DNA of 52,304 nucleotides from a virus (IMGVR_UViG_3300020197_000033:1-52304), one strand, 5' to 3'; positions 18,742 to 29,440 are shown, counted from the stretch's first letter. Notes: generated by a model from the sequence alone, not told the origin. Numbers and translations: made by a program.

Positions 18742-20832
18742 ATGCCCATATCTCCTATTACAAAACAAAAAAAACTTATAGATTCTATTTTTAATAAATC
18801 TAAAAAAACTTTGGGCAAATCTCAACAATCATATGCGGAATTTAGTAATTTTCTTACTGGTGCAGCAAAAAAAATAAACAAAGCTCCTTTCCCCACAAGA
18901 TCTGAATTAGAACAGTTTAAGACAAAAAGTGTTGCTGGTTCTAAACAGAACGGCGGCGGACTATTAGGTAACGCATTAAGTGGTATTGCTGCTTTTGCTG
19001 GTGGCAAAGGTGCTGCTAAGGGAATTAAAACTGTTTTGGGAAAACGAGTTGGAGATGAAGTAGCTAAAGAAGGAACGGAAAAACTAACTAAAGCCACAAC
19101 TGAAGCCGTAGGAAAAGAAACTGTAGATCGTGCTTCTAAATCAGTAGGCAAAAAGAGCCTAGAAAGAGGGGCTTCAAAGATGTTGGGTAAAAAAATTCCA
19201 ATCATTGGAGCTGCTTTGGGAACTGCATTTGCGGTAGAAAGAGCTATGAGAGGAGATTGGTTAGGTGCTGCGGGAGAACTCGCTTCTGGTGTTGCTTCAA
19301 CAATTCCAGGTGCTGGAACTGCTATATCTCTTGGCATTGATGGTGCTTTAATTGCCAGAGACGTACAACAAGAATCCAAAATGATTCCAGATAAAACAAC
19401 AATTCCTACAAAGAATGCAACTATTGCTCAACAGTCTGATATGAAAACGCAACAAAAATTAGACAGCACTAGTACTGTATCATCAGGAAGTTCAATGGTT
19501 GATATTAATAAGTTTGCAATGGTTGTTGATAAATTTGGAGAATTGATTAAAACGGGTGTCGTACCGTCTGGTGGTGGTTCAGGAGAGCATGATGAGGGAA
19601 GTCCAACTGCGGATGAGGGCGGAAGCAATGAAGCTCCGCCTCCAGGTGATCCATATACTGGGCCCATCTCTGGTAACCAATTTTTCCCACTTCCAGGTGG
19701 AATACTATCCAACAGAGCTGTTGGTTACCCAGGCGGCGAATATGGAGCGCCAAGAAATTATCCAGGTGGACATAGTGGACAAGATATTGGTGGCCACGAT
19801 GCTGGCGCTCCAGTAGTCGCTTGGAAGACTGGAAAAGTATCTTTTACTGGAAGTGTAGAAGCCGGAGATACAATTATAACCATAGATCATGGACAAGGTA
19901 TACAATCCGTCTATAAACATGTTGTTCCTACGGTTAGTCATGGAGATACTGTTTATGGCGGCCAACAAATAGCATCACTATTTGATTGTAGGGCTTTTGA
20001 CCCCCATTTACACTTTGAAGTCTGGAGTAATGGTTCTCATAAAAATCCCAACCCAGAACTTTCACAATCTCAAAAAATTTCATCTCCGATGACTGCGGCA
20101 AAAGCAAAAGAAGAACATGATAAATCTTCAACTGCTCAAGCCACGGCTTCTTCAACGGCATCAGCTTCTGGACTAGAATATACAGGATCAACATCTGCAA
20201 AATCTACAGTTATCGGCGATAGTATTGCTTCGGGTATTGCTAATCAAATGGGATTATCTGGGAAGTACAGTAAAGTAGGTGCAAATGCCAGTGCTGTTAT
20301 GGGGTTTGCACAAAAAGCAGTAGCGGCTGGAGAAGTAAAAGGTAGAAATATTATACTATCATCTGGGATTAGTAATGATACTAATAAAATGTCAGATGTT
20401 AAGGCTATTCTGCAATATCTAAAAGATCAGGGCGCTTCTGGAGTTCAACTAATGGGGACCAGTCAGGATAGACAAGATCTTTCAAAAGTTAATCCAAAAC
20501 TTTCTGCATTAGCAAAAGAATTTCCTGGATTCGTACAGTTTACTGGTGGATTTAAGACTACGGATACTATTCATCCAGATTATGTACAACAAGCAAACAA
20601 TCTGAGAACTAAAAAACAACAAGCCTATGACCTTGAAATGCAGTTAAGAGCTGACATGGCAAATAGTAGTAATGCAGCAGTAGTCATACTAAATACTGTT
20701 GATCCTGGGGGATCAGCTGCCAAGACTCTCCACTCAGCGACCAAAAAGGTTGCTGAAGTGCAGGCGTTCGTACAACAAACGACTAGTAACGCAGCAACGG
20801 CAGCTCTTGGTCTGCTACCAAGACTATGGTGA
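18742..20832 (+). CDS. Tape-measure-like virion protein with M23 peptidase and SGNH-like domains
   Basis: KKIPIIGA amphipathic region; HSGQD, YKH, PHLHFE (M23); GDSIA...SND...DTIHP (SGNH). Confidence 0.8.
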   Translation: MPISPITKQKKLIDSIFNKSKKTLGKSQQSYAEFSNFLTGAAKKINKAPFPTRSELEQFKTKSVAGSKQNGGGLLGNALSGIAAFAGGKGAAKGIKTVLGKRVGDEVAKEGTEKLTKATTEAVGKETVDRASKSVGKKSLERGASKMLGKKIPIIGAALGTAFAVERAMRGDWLGAAGELASGVASTIPGAGTAISLGIDGALIARDVQQESKMIPDKTTIPTKNATIAQQSDMKTQQKLDSTSTVSSGSSMVDINKFAMVVDKFGELIKTGVVPSGGGSGEHDEGSPTADEGGSNEAPPPGDPYTGPISGNQFFPLPGGILSNRAVGYPGGEYGAPRNYPGGHSGQDIGGHDAGAPVVAWKTGKVSFTGSVEAGDTIITIDHGQGIQSVYKHVVPTVSHGDTVYGGQQIASLFDCRAFDPHLHFEVWSNGSHKNPNPELSQSQKISSPMTAAKAKEEHDKSSTAQATASSTASASGLEYTGSTSAKSTVIGDSIASGIANQMGLSGKYSKVGANASAVMGFAQKAVAAGEVKGRNIILSSGISNDTNKMSDVKAILQYLKDQGASGVQLMGTSQDRQDLSKVNPKLSALAKEFPGFVQFTGGFKTTDTIHPDYVQQANNLRTKKQQAYDLEMQLRADMANSSNAAVVILNTVDPGGSAAKTLHSATKKVAEVQAFVQQTTSNAATAALGLLPRLW

Positions 20833-20854
20833 CAATGAAATCTAAGCAAAAATT

Positions 20855-22174
20855 ATGGCAGCAATAGGTCTAGAGTCATTTAAGTATAAGAAATTTCAAA
20901 TAACCTCTCATGTAAGTGGGAGAGTTGTAGATATTGCTAATTCTGTTGTTGACTTTAATTACTGTGAAGATTTAATGTCCCCAGTTGCTTACGCAACTGC
21001 GAGAGTTTTGAACACCTCTGGTCTTTACAGTGGATTGCCAATAAGATGTGGTGATCGAGTGGAGATAGAATTTACCAGTTTACATGGTACAATGGTATTT
21101 TCTGGTGATAGATCGTTTTATGTGGGTTCTCTTGGTGGTCTGCAGGCAGAAGAACGAGTAGAAACATTTGATATGATGCTCTATTTTAAAGATTCTATTT
21201 CAAATGAGACTACTAGGGTTATAAAAAAATATGATAGTAAAGTAAGAATTGATCAACATATTAGGTCCATTCTTCTTGACGTTTTAAAAGTTAAACAAAC
21301 AAGAATATCAAAGATAGAAGAAACTTTAAATACCTACGGATTTCATGGAAATTTCAAAAAACCATTACACACTTGTGTTTGGTTATGCCCCAAAAGTATT
21401 CCAATTACTGGAGGTGCAACTGGAACGTCTGGGAAGGGAATTACAGCAAAAGCAAAAGGTAGTGCTGGTTACTTTTTCTATGAAACATATGATGGATATA
21501 ATTTTCGGAGCGTCCAAAATTTAGTATCTGGAAATAATGATGATGTTAATAAAAGAGTACAGACATTTACTTGGAGTGGATTGATTGAAGGCGATTCGAG
21601 TTTAAAAAACACTACAAAAATCATTAGTTATTTTGTTGTGCAGAATAATGATTTACTTGAGTCACTATTGATTGGATTATATTCAAATCGCACATATTTC
21701 TTTGATCCATATAAACAAGATTTGGATGTATATAATTACACCTTAAAAGAAGAGATGTCATCAGCTGAGTTTAATACTTTATCCAGAAGAAAAGTACTGA
21801 ACGTTCCTGATCAATTTACACAAATTCCATCTAGAATTTTATCAAGGACTTCTGATAGAGGAATGTTTACGGATTCTTTGAGTGAAACTAGTGGAAGAGA
21901 GAATGCTGATATAGCAAAAGCAACTTCTCGTTATAATTTGGTATTCTCTCAGTCTATAAATATCAATATCGCATTAAATACTTCATTGAGAGTTGGAGAA
22001 ACAGTAAAAATAATTTTACCAAAACCAAATAATAAAACTCAAACAGAAGTTGATGTTGATGATGAGACAAGTGGATTATATGTAATTAGTGCCTTAAGAC
22101 ATTCTTGCGTACTAAACGAAAATCTCACAGCATTAAGTTTAATTAGAGATTCTTACGGATTATACCGATCATAG
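20855..22174 (+). CDS. Baseplate hub/tail protein (gp27-like)
   Basis: YCEDLMSP, LPIRCGDRV, YFFYETYDGYNFRS, SGLYVISALRH, LIRDSYG; upstream of g5. Confidence 0.7.
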   Translation: MAAIGLESFKYKKFQITSHVSGRVVDIANSVVDFNYCEDLMSPVAYATARVLNTSGLYSGLPIRCGDRVEIEFTSLHGTMVFSGDRSFYVGSLGGLQAEERVETFDMMLYFKDSISNETTRVIKKYDSKVRIDQHIRSILLDVLKVKQTRISKIEETLNTYGFHGNFKKPLHTCVWLCPKSIPITGGATGTSGKGITAKAKGSAGYFFYETYDGYNFRSVQNLVSGNNDDVNKRVQTFTWSGLIEGDSSLKNTTKIISYFVVQNNDLLESLLIGLYSNRTYFFDPYKQDLDVYNYTLKEEMSSAEFNTLSRRKVLNVPDQFTQIPSRILSRTSDRGMFTDSLSETSGRENADIAKATSRYNLVFSQSININIALNTSLRVGETVKIILPKPNNKTQTEVDVDDETSGLYVISALRHSCVLNENLTALSLIRDSYGLYRS

Positions 22175-22176
22175 AC

Positions 22177-22389
22177 ATGGAAAATATCGAAAAACATATT
22201 CAATCAGATAGAGATGAGTTGTCAGATCCAACCATTTCGTCCCAACGTCGTCGTCACGTTGAGGATGAATTAGAACAACTTGAAGCATATCATGCTAGAC
22301 ATCCAGAGGATGACCATGATCCAACACCATTGGAGTTGTTTTGTGATGAAAACCCAGATGCATCAGAATGTAGAATTTACGAAGATTAA
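22177..22389 (+). CDS. cp12: CP12 Calvin-cycle regulator
   Basis: C-terminal PTPLELFCDENPDASECRIYED. Confidence 0.95.
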   Translation: MENIEKHIQSDRDELSDPTISSQRRRHVEDELEQLEAYHARHPEDDHDPTPLELFCDENPDASECRIYED

Positions 22390-22391
22390 TA

Positions 22392-24938
22392 ATGTTAGAT
22401 CACTCTTTAGTTAACACTAATTTTCTCGGAAGAGACAATTTTGTATGGTGGATTGGACAAGTTGCTCATCCAAAATATTGGAAAAATGCGTCCACTGCTA
22501 TTGGAGAAAAAATAGATACAAGTAAAGAGTCTACTTCTTGGGGATATAGATGTAAAGTACGAATCATTGGATATCACCCGTTCTCGGGAACAGAACTTGA
22601 AGATAAAGATTTGCCTTGGGCTCATGTTATGGTTCCCCTTACAGAGGGAACAGCACAAGGTGCTTTGGGATCAACTTTATCTTTGGTTGGGGGAGAGTGT
22701 GTATTTGGATTTTTCTTAGATGGAGATGAAGGCCAACAACCTGTAATTTTCGGTGCTTTACACCGACCAACAAGTGCAGTCAGTATGATTACTGATCAAG
22801 ATATTTTAAGTGAAAAAAGTAGTGCATTTAAACCATTTAGCGCCCCAGGCGCACGGGGAGCCACACAAGTACCAGCTAGCGACGGAGGAGATATCCCACC
22901 AAAACCACCAACCCCACCAGCAGCATCAGTTGGTGTTGGTACTACTGGAACGGGCGGATCTGAACAAAAACAACAAGACAAAGATGCATTATCTAAGGAA
23001 AGTGTAGCTGATACACAATTTGGTGAACCCCTTAATGTACAGATTCCAAATGGTTGTGATCAGGATTGGTTTTCTGAAATTACAAATACAATTAGGAGTT
23101 TTCTTACAACAGTTAATAGTTTAACATCATTTTTAGGGACATACGTAAGTGCTGTACAGAATGCACTTCAAGATATTCAAAGATTAGTTAGAAAATCTGG
23201 ATTAATTATTATCGGAATTATTAAAAAAATTCTGAATAACTTAAGGAAGAAATTAATAAAGAGAATAGTAAAAGCCTTGAAAAATTTTCTTGGCCTTACT
23301 GTTCCAGATCCACAACTAGAAGCAATTACAAAAGCAATTAATAAAATTCTTGATACCATCTTTTGTATTTTTGAAAAGTTGGGAATTGATATTCTGGGAT
23401 TTATCATGAATTTTCTCACACAAATGGTGGGGAGAACAATTGCTGCTCCTTTATGTGCTGCAGAACAAGCAACAGCTGCAATGATATCGAAGTTATTAAA
23501 TGAACTTGATAAATTATTAAAACCAATTCTTGATGGCATTAGTTGGCTTGTTGATGGTTTGGGTATGGTAGGCGGAGTTTTGCGTCAAGTATCATCTTAT
23601 GCAAGTATGATACTTGGTTTCTTAGACTGCGATAAACTCTCATGTAAAAAAGTAGTTGATTGGTCATCTGGTTGGGGATTAAGTACAAAAGCTGCCACAA
23701 ATATCTCTTCTTTCCTTGATAATGTTACAATCATGGACGATTTGATTACTGGTGGGGAATCAATGACATTGGATCAGTTAGCTGCTGAAGGAGAAAGTGG
23801 GTTATCTGTATTGACTATTTTGGGTGGAAACGCTGCTAGATTTGTAAGATGTAATCAAACTAGAGACAATCCAAGGACTCAAGACGATATCGGAAATACT
23901 CCAAATGGGTACACTTTTCCAAAATGTATTCCACCAAAAGTAGAAATTATTGGTCAATCTAAGAAAACAGCAAAAGCATATGCTATCGTTTCTTCTACTG
24001 ACAGGACTATAATGTCAATAGAAATAACCGATCCAGGACTTGGATATAAGGAACCTCCAGTAGTCAGTATAATTGATAAGACAAATCATGGCGGTGGTGC
24101 CGATGCCGAAGCAATTATTGATTCTAAAGGAAGTGTTGTCAAAATTTATTTGAGAGATCCTGGAATTGGTTATTGTCTTGGTAATACATATTGGCCTAAA
24201 GGAAAAGAGCCAGAGGAATATGAAGATGTAGGCCTTCCAGATACAGATCCTCCAAAAATTAGATTTACTACTCCAAATGACGATTCGGTTGGAATTGATA
24301 CGGGAATCAATTTCTCGATAACTTTCAATGAGCCCGTTTATACAAACTTAGGAAGAATTGTCATCAAAGAGTCAAAAACTAATGCTATATTTGCTGATAT
24401 TGATATCAATGATGCTTCTCAAATTTCTTTTAACACTAGATATACTCTTGTAGTAAATCCCAAAGATAATCTAAAATTTGACACGGAATATTATATTAAT
24501 ATGACGCAAGGTTGTTTAACTGATGTTGCAGGCAATAAGTTTTTGGGAATTAATGATAAGGAAACTTATAATTTTTCTACCAAGGCCCAAGCAGGCATTA
24601 GTAGTGTTCCTGTGGGCATTATTACATCTATAGTAGTGGATAAGCCTGGAATTGGATATACTTCAGGCGATAAGGGACAATATGGAGATTGTAAATTTGA
24701 TCTAGTATTAAATCCCTCTGGATCTGTCATTGGAATTACAAATATTGTGTGTGCTAGTGATAGGAAATATACCTCCATCCCAACAGCTACGATAAATAGT
24801 CGTGAAGGATACGGTGCAAAATTGTTGCCAGTAGTAGATTATAGCCCAGACATCACATCTGGAGACGACATAACACCTCGAGCTCGAGATCTTGTAATTA
24901 AAGTTATTGATTGCCCAACGAGAAGTAGACCATCATGA
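22392..24938 (+). CDS. g5: Baseplate hub/spike gp5 (OB-fold N-terminus) with an Ig-like domain
   Basis: FVWWIGQV, RCKVRIIGYH, DLPWA, VFGFFLDG..QQPVIFG; DTDPP...ITFNEPV...DVAGN. Confidence 0.88.
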   Translation: MLDHSLVNTNFLGRDNFVWWIGQVAHPKYWKNASTAIGEKIDTSKESTSWGYRCKVRIIGYHPFSGTELEDKDLPWAHVMVPLTEGTAQGALGSTLSLVGGECVFGFFLDGDEGQQPVIFGALHRPTSAVSMITDQDILSEKSSAFKPFSAPGARGATQVPASDGGDIPPKPPTPPAASVGVGTTGTGGSEQKQQDKDALSKESVADTQFGEPLNVQIPNGCDQDWFSEITNTIRSFLTTVNSLTSFLGTYVSAVQNALQDIQRLVRKSGLIIIGIIKKILNNLRKKLIKRIVKALKNFLGLTVPDPQLEAITKAINKILDTIFCIFEKLGIDILGFIMNFLTQMVGRTIAAPLCAAEQATAAMISKLLNELDKLLKPILDGISWLVDGLGMVGGVLRQVSSYASMILGFLDCDKLSCKKVVDWSSGWGLSTKAATNISSFLDNVTIMDDLITGGESMTLDQLAAEGESGLSVLTILGGNAARFVRCNQTRDNPRTQDDIGNTPNGYTFPKCIPPKVEIIGQSKKTAKAYAIVSSTDRTIMSIEITDPGLGYKEPPVVSIIDKTNHGGGADAEAIIDSKGSVVKIYLRDPGIGYCLGNTYWPKGKEPEEYEDVGLPDTDPPKIRFTTPNDDSVGIDTGINFSITFNEPVYTNLGRIVIKESKTNAIFADIDINDASQISFNTRYTLVVNPKDNLKFDTEYYINMTQGCLTDVAGNKFLGINDKETYNFSTKAQAGISSVPVGIITSIVVDKPGIGYTSGDKGQYGDCKFDLVLNPSGSVIGITNIVCASDRKYTSIPTATINSREGYGAKLLPVVDYSPDITSGDDITPRARDLVIKVIDCPTRSRPS

Positions 24939-25501
24939 ATTATTATTTCAAACAATTCCCTGGATTTAGAGTATCCTCTGGAGTTAAACTAAAATTAGGT
25001 GGAGATAAAGGAAGAACAACCGATTGGGTTACTGTAACTGATAATGGTCAGGGAATAGGATTTTATACGGATGGAATATCAAGAATAAGAACAAATAAAA
25101 CCTCAATGGATATTTGTGGTAAAAGTTGCAAGGAAGATGAGCCAGCTAAAATTATATTTGCTCAAAATGGTGCAATTATTCTTGAAGCTGAAATGGGAGA
25201 TATCGTATTAAAGGCAAGAAATATAAGACTTGAAGCCACTGCAGATAACGGGGAAGTTACAATTGTCTCACCCAAACATGTTCACATTAAAGCGGCAGTT
25301 GCTAGAATAAATGGAACTCGTGTAAATATATTAGGTGACCAATCATTAGAATGTATTTCATCTGGAGCGGCTTCGGTTTCTGGGGAAACAGGAACTAAAG
25401 TTGTAAATGGCATAGATGAAATAAAAGGAGGAAATTTTTTATCAAAACTTCTTGCTGCTTATGAATCGGCCAAAAAATTCTTTAATGACGTTTTTGAATA
25501 A
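24935..25501 (+). CDS. Probable gp5 C-terminal beta-helix/spike protein
   Basis: IILEAEMGDIVLKARNIRLEA short beta repeats; follows g5. Confidence 0.6.
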   Translation: MNYYFKQFPGFRVSSGVKLKLGGDKGRTTDWVTVTDNGQGIGFYTDGISRIRTNKTSMDICGKSCKEDEPAKIIFAQNGAIILEAEMGDIVLKARNIRLEATADNGEVTIVSPKHVHIKAAVARINGTRVNILGDQSLECISSGAASVSGETGTKVVNGIDEIKGGNFLSKLLAAYESAKKFFNDVFE

Positions 25502-25516
25502 AAAAGAGGTTTAATC

Positions 25517-26401
25517 ATGGCTAGCACAGTTCCAACATTACTTTCCGATAAAATTATTTGTGGTGCAGTAGATACATCATTCTTGACACTGAGTGCTAGA
25601 CTTTTGCCTGGGACCATTGTTGGAAATGGACCTTGTTATTTTGGTATGCCTGGATCCATTGGTGTTGCTCGTGCAACCGTGATGATTGGACCTCCAATTG
25701 GCATATCTGTTCCAGCTTCTTTAGAGGTTATTGGTATATCAAATATTTACGGGAGTCTTAATGTATTCGCCATAAGTAAATTTACTGGATTATGTACAAA
25801 ACTTGGTACTACAATTAAAAAGGCCTTGAGTCTAAAAAATGGAGTCGATATTAAAAACGCTCTTTCAACAACAAACGGAGTCGCAGTAAAAAATGCAACT
25901 GATAACGTTGCTGGAGTATTAAATGTTGCAGGAAAAATCAATTGTGCTTGGTTAGATGCTCAAATTTCAGCCGCAATGGCATCTCCACCAAAAACATTTG
26001 ATATGCACCACCCAACCAAAAAGGGTTGGAGATTGACTCATGTTTGTATTGAAGGTCCAGAAGCTGCAGTTTATTACAGAGGTAAATTGGAAGGATCGAA
26101 TATGATTGAACTTCCAGATTACTGGAGAGGATTAGTTGACCCAGAAACTATTACAGTTCAACTTACTCCTATTGGAGTTTATCAAGAATTATCGTATGAA
26201 ATTTCTGATTGGGGAACAAAAATTAAAGTTCATAATAACGCAGGAAGTGCAATAAATTGTAGTTATGTAATCTTTGGCGAAAGAAAAGATATAGATAAAA
26301 TAATCGTAGAATATGAAGGCAAAATAGAAGATTATCCAGGAAGAGATCAGAGATCTATCGTTGGTTATCATTATGATTATAGACCAGGGGTTAATGCTTA
26401 A
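25517..26401 (+). CDS. Structural protein with C-terminal chaperone-like domain
   Basis: KTFDMHHP...LTHVCIEGPEAAVYYRG...IELPDYW..LVD..TITVQLTPIG. Confidence 0.7.
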   Translation: MASTVPTLLSDKIICGAVDTSFLTLSARLLPGTIVGNGPCYFGMPGSIGVARATVMIGPPIGISVPASLEVIGISNIYGSLNVFAISKFTGLCTKLGTTIKKALSLKNGVDIKNALSTTNGVAVKNATDNVAGVLNVAGKINCAWLDAQISAAMASPPKTFDMHHPTKKGWRLTHVCIEGPEAAVYYRGKLEGSNMIELPDYWRGLVDPETITVQLTPIGVYQELSYEISDWGTKIKVHNNAGSAINCSYVIFGERKDIDKIIVEYEGKIEDYPGRDQRSIVGYHYDYRPGVNA

Positions 26402-28011
26402 TGTCAAGAACAAAACCAGAAGATATTGCAAAAAAATTAAGAGAAGAAAGTTCCGATTTGGATAGACAGGCATCTCAAATGCTTGAACAGCTTACAATTA
26501 TTGATGCAATTATTGATGAATATGATGAGGTTATTGATAGAGTAGATCCCAAAACTCTACCTCTAACACAGGAAATCAATAATGCAATCCAATCAGTTGC
26601 CAATGCATATGATACCAGAATTTCTTCTGGTTGCAGAAACAATTTAATTTGGCAAAGACAAACATCCGTCCCTGCCTGGAGAGGTCGTGGCGGCGGTTTC
26701 GGTAATATTGAAACTTGGAGAGTAGTGAAAGACGCTTCACAATTTCGTAGTATTGGATTTTATGGCGTCAAATATTATAGAAAACCCCAAAACAGGGAAT
26801 ATGGTGCAAATATTGTAACGGAAATTCCTGACGCAAGCGTTGATATTAACACTAAAGTTTTAGTAATTCATAACGCGGGGTTGACGGGATTGGTTGGTGT
26901 CACAACTGGCGACTTTGTGACTGATGATCTAGACGAACCACAGGTTTGGCCAGGTGGCAATTTACCAAGGGTGACTGGAATTGGCACTACAAGTTACTAT
27001 GAATCAACATTTAGTTTTAGTGGATTCTGTACTGCTTTTGACAATAAAATTTACTCTGATGGTAGTGTAGGAGTTTTAACCTCAGCAAATATTGGAGATC
27101 GAGTTTTCATCCCAGATCTAGCAATTTTTGCCCCAAATACAGTTATTACTGGATTTGGAACTGCAGATTATAATAGGGAGTTTGTTGAATCGTCTGGAAT
27201 TACTTCATCTGTTACTGTTACGATTAGTTTTGCAACACTAAATCAAAATACAATTGGTGGCGGAACTTCATTATCATTTCGGGTTGGAATAGTATCGACG
27301 TTTACTTCAATCTTCCTAAGTACGATTACTAGTGTTGGAGCAGCTCGCAGTTCTTTTGTTGTAGTAAGACCTCCCAACGTGACTGATATTTCATTTGAAA
27401 GCACAAAAAATCCCATAGATCCAATTGAAATTGGGATTGTCAACGCAGGGAAAATTGGTGGCGGACATAAATTAACTCTCATTAATAATAAGGAACCAAA
27501 TATAATTGCACAATGGAGAGAAGTAGTAGGAGATCCTGAGCCAGCCGTTGGCGCTGGTTCAGCGTTTTACTATGTTGGAAACTTCTCTTGGCCAACAATA
27601 ACACGTTGCACCCAAAGTGGTGCAGGTGGTGCAGGTGGTGCAGGTGGATCCGTCTGTACCACTGTATATGCACCAGAAGGAACTACAGTTACTATTTCCA
27701 CTGGATCCACACTTCCACAAAGCCAATTGTCATATGCTTCTACAAGTCCATCGATTACTGGGAACTGTTCAACTATAGACGCAAATATAACTGCAGCAGA
27801 AAATTTTATGAATGCTAAGATTTCTCAAAATGTACCTAGAATAAATCATTACATTGATGGTGCAGAAAGTCTACGAAAACTTAGAGATGAACAAGAAACT
27901 ACGGCTTGGTCAATGTTGCAAGGTATTGCATATTTACAAGATAAAAAACGTTCCTATGAAAAAAATGCAAGAAGTATTGAACAATATAACTGGAAAGAAT
28001 TTGGGTATTGA
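26401..28011 (+). CDS. Putative virion structural protein
   Basis: 536-aa Gly/Thr/Ser-rich ORF with coiled termini at the end of the structural operon. Confidence 0.7.
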   Translation: MSRTKPEDIAKKLREESSDLDRQASQMLEQLTIIDAIIDEYDEVIDRVDPKTLPLTQEINNAIQSVANAYDTRISSGCRNNLIWQRQTSVPAWRGRGGGFGNIETWRVVKDASQFRSIGFYGVKYYRKPQNREYGANIVTEIPDASVDINTKVLVIHNAGLTGLVGVTTGDFVTDDLDEPQVWPGGNLPRVTGIGTTSYYESTFSFSGFCTAFDNKIYSDGSVGVLTSANIGDRVFIPDLAIFAPNTVITGFGTADYNREFVESSGITSSVTVTISFATLNQNTIGGGTSLSFRVGIVSTFTSIFLSTITSVGAARSSFVVVRPPNVTDISFESTKNPIDPIEIGIVNAGKIGGGHKLTLINNKEPNIIAQWREVVGDPEPAVGAGSAFYYVGNFSWPTITRCTQSGAGGAGGAGGSVCTTVYAPEGTTVTISTGSTLPQSQLSYASTSPSITGNCSTIDANITAAENFMNAKISQNVPRINHYIDGAESLRKLRDEQETTAWSMLQGIAYLQDKKRSYEKNARSIEQYNWKEFGY

Positions 28012-28075
28012 CAGAACCCCCAAAATCTTTGTATAATAAGTCTGTCTGTTGTTATGTGCATGGAGCTTAATTTCA

Positions 28076-28486
28076 ATGGGAATGTTTGATTATGTTCGTT
28101 CCTCGTATAACTTAGGAGCCCAACATACAAATGTAGAGTGTCAAACAAAGGATATTGAAGATTTTGGAATTGGAGGCACACTATCCCATTTCTGGATAGA
28201 TCCTTCTGGATATTTGTGGTGTGGTGACTATACGGGAACGTCTACATTTGAACTGATTCAAGAAGATGATCCACGATATGATCCACAACGATTATTTTTA
28301 AATTATGAATGGGTTCCTACAGGAAAACGAGGGAAATATCATGTTCATAATATCACAAAATATATTGAAATTTATCCTGTCACTTGGAAGGGCGATTGGG
28401 AGAACTGGCCAAGATGTAAAATTCATTTTAAAAAAGGCAAAATAGTTGACTATGAAACATTCTCAAGACATCAAATCAGGATCTGA
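28076..28486 (+). CDS. Hypothetical protein
   Basis: MGMFDYVRS...ECQTKD; promoter-like TTGACA...TATAAT at 28008-28037. Confidence 0.75.
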   Translation: MGMFDYVRSSYNLGAQHTNVECQTKDIEDFGIGGTLSHFWIDPSGYLWCGDYTGTSTFELIQEDDPRYDPQRLFLNYEWVPTGKRGKYHVHNITKYIEIYPVTWKGDWENWPRCKIHFKKGKIVDYETFSRHQIRI

Positions 28487-28703
28487 ATTATTATTAGAAA
28501 ATTTAGATATCCTTACGAAAGAAATCTTTAATCTGAATACTAGAATAACTCAAATTGAAAAAGCCTTACGGGATCTACGATTAGATACGGATGGACATCA
28601 ATTTGAAATACAATCTATTCAGACTGCCTGTGAACAATTATCAGATGAATTGCTGAAATTAGAAAGGGAATATTATGAAACCCCCCAACAGGGGACACTT
28701 TAA
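28452..28703 (+). CDS. Hypothetical coiled-coil protein
   Basis: ORF track; heptad pattern. Confidence 0.6.
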   Translation: MKHSQDIKSGSELLLENLDILTKEIFNLNTRITQIEKALRDLRLDTDGHQFEIQSIQTACEQLSDELLKLEREYYETPQQGTL

Positions 28704-28743
28704 AAATTGTCCACTTGACATTTTGGATTGGCCACTCTATACT
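28692..28743 (+). promoter_or_regulatory. Early-type promoter with upstream inverted repeat
   Basis: GGACA-N10-TGTCC then TTGACA-N17-TATACT. Confidence 0.75.
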
Positions 28744-28768
28744 AAGTAAGTAATTCAAACAAGTCCAA

Positions 28769-29321
28769 ATGGAAGAATTCCTCACCAAAGTTGTTGTGGA
28801 CGTTGAAAATCTAAATTTTCATCTCTATTCAAATGAAGGAGATTCTAAAACTGTAAATTGTGATTCCGCAGAACAGTTTGTCGATGTATTGACGGTCTGT
28901 AAAAATCTTTGTCAACCCGAACATCTCACGTATGCGCCAGGAATTTGAAGTACCAAGTAACATATCAAAAACCAAAGAAAAAAGGATTCTCCACCCAACA
29001 AGCAACATTCCTAAAAATCGAAGACGCGGTATTTTGGGAGAATCACATCAAAATTCAAGGATGTCAAAGTATTACAATTACACCAGTTTAATCATGCAAA
29101 TTTCCGACCCCATCAAATATTACACCCTTTCAGCTATTATTGGATTATTGGCATTTAGTATTGGAGGCCAAGTTTCTACAGTAGGTGCAACTAATGAGAC
29201 GTTGAAAATGTGCAACCAAAACAAGAATGAATGTAAGTTCAAATACGACATTCTGATGTACACCGAAACGGGTAAAGTCCCATCTCCTACAGTTGTAACT
29301 GTTTCTGAAGCCAAGAAATAA
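28769..29321 (+). other. Three small hypothetical ORFs (28769-28948, 28945-29091, 29094-29321)
   Basis: Hand translation and ORF track; coupled starts and stops. Confidence 0.6.
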
Positions 29322-29335
29322 TCTTGGTTTTTTAT

Positions 29336-29418
29336 GGGGCGGTGGTGAAATCGGTAGACACACCAGACTTAAAATCTGTTGGGCATTGCCCGTGGGAGTT
29401 CAAGTCTCCCTCGCCCTA
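29336..29418 (+). tRNA. trnL: tRNA-Leu(UAA)
   Basis: Acceptor GGGGCGG/TCGCCCT, anticodon loop CTTAAAA, long variable arm, GTTCAAG T-loop. Confidence 0.93.
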
Positions 29419-29440
29419 TGGCACTAAATAATTTTACGTT

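Noticed and set aside
17332-20849. Multiple long minus-strand ORFs
   Set aside because: Antisense shadows of Ala/Gly-rich tail genes, with no RBS or motifs
27618-27648. GGTGCAGGT x3 repeat and the overlapping WCRWCRWCR ORF
   Set aside because: Simple Gly-Ala-Gly linker in the structural gene; the other frame is incidental
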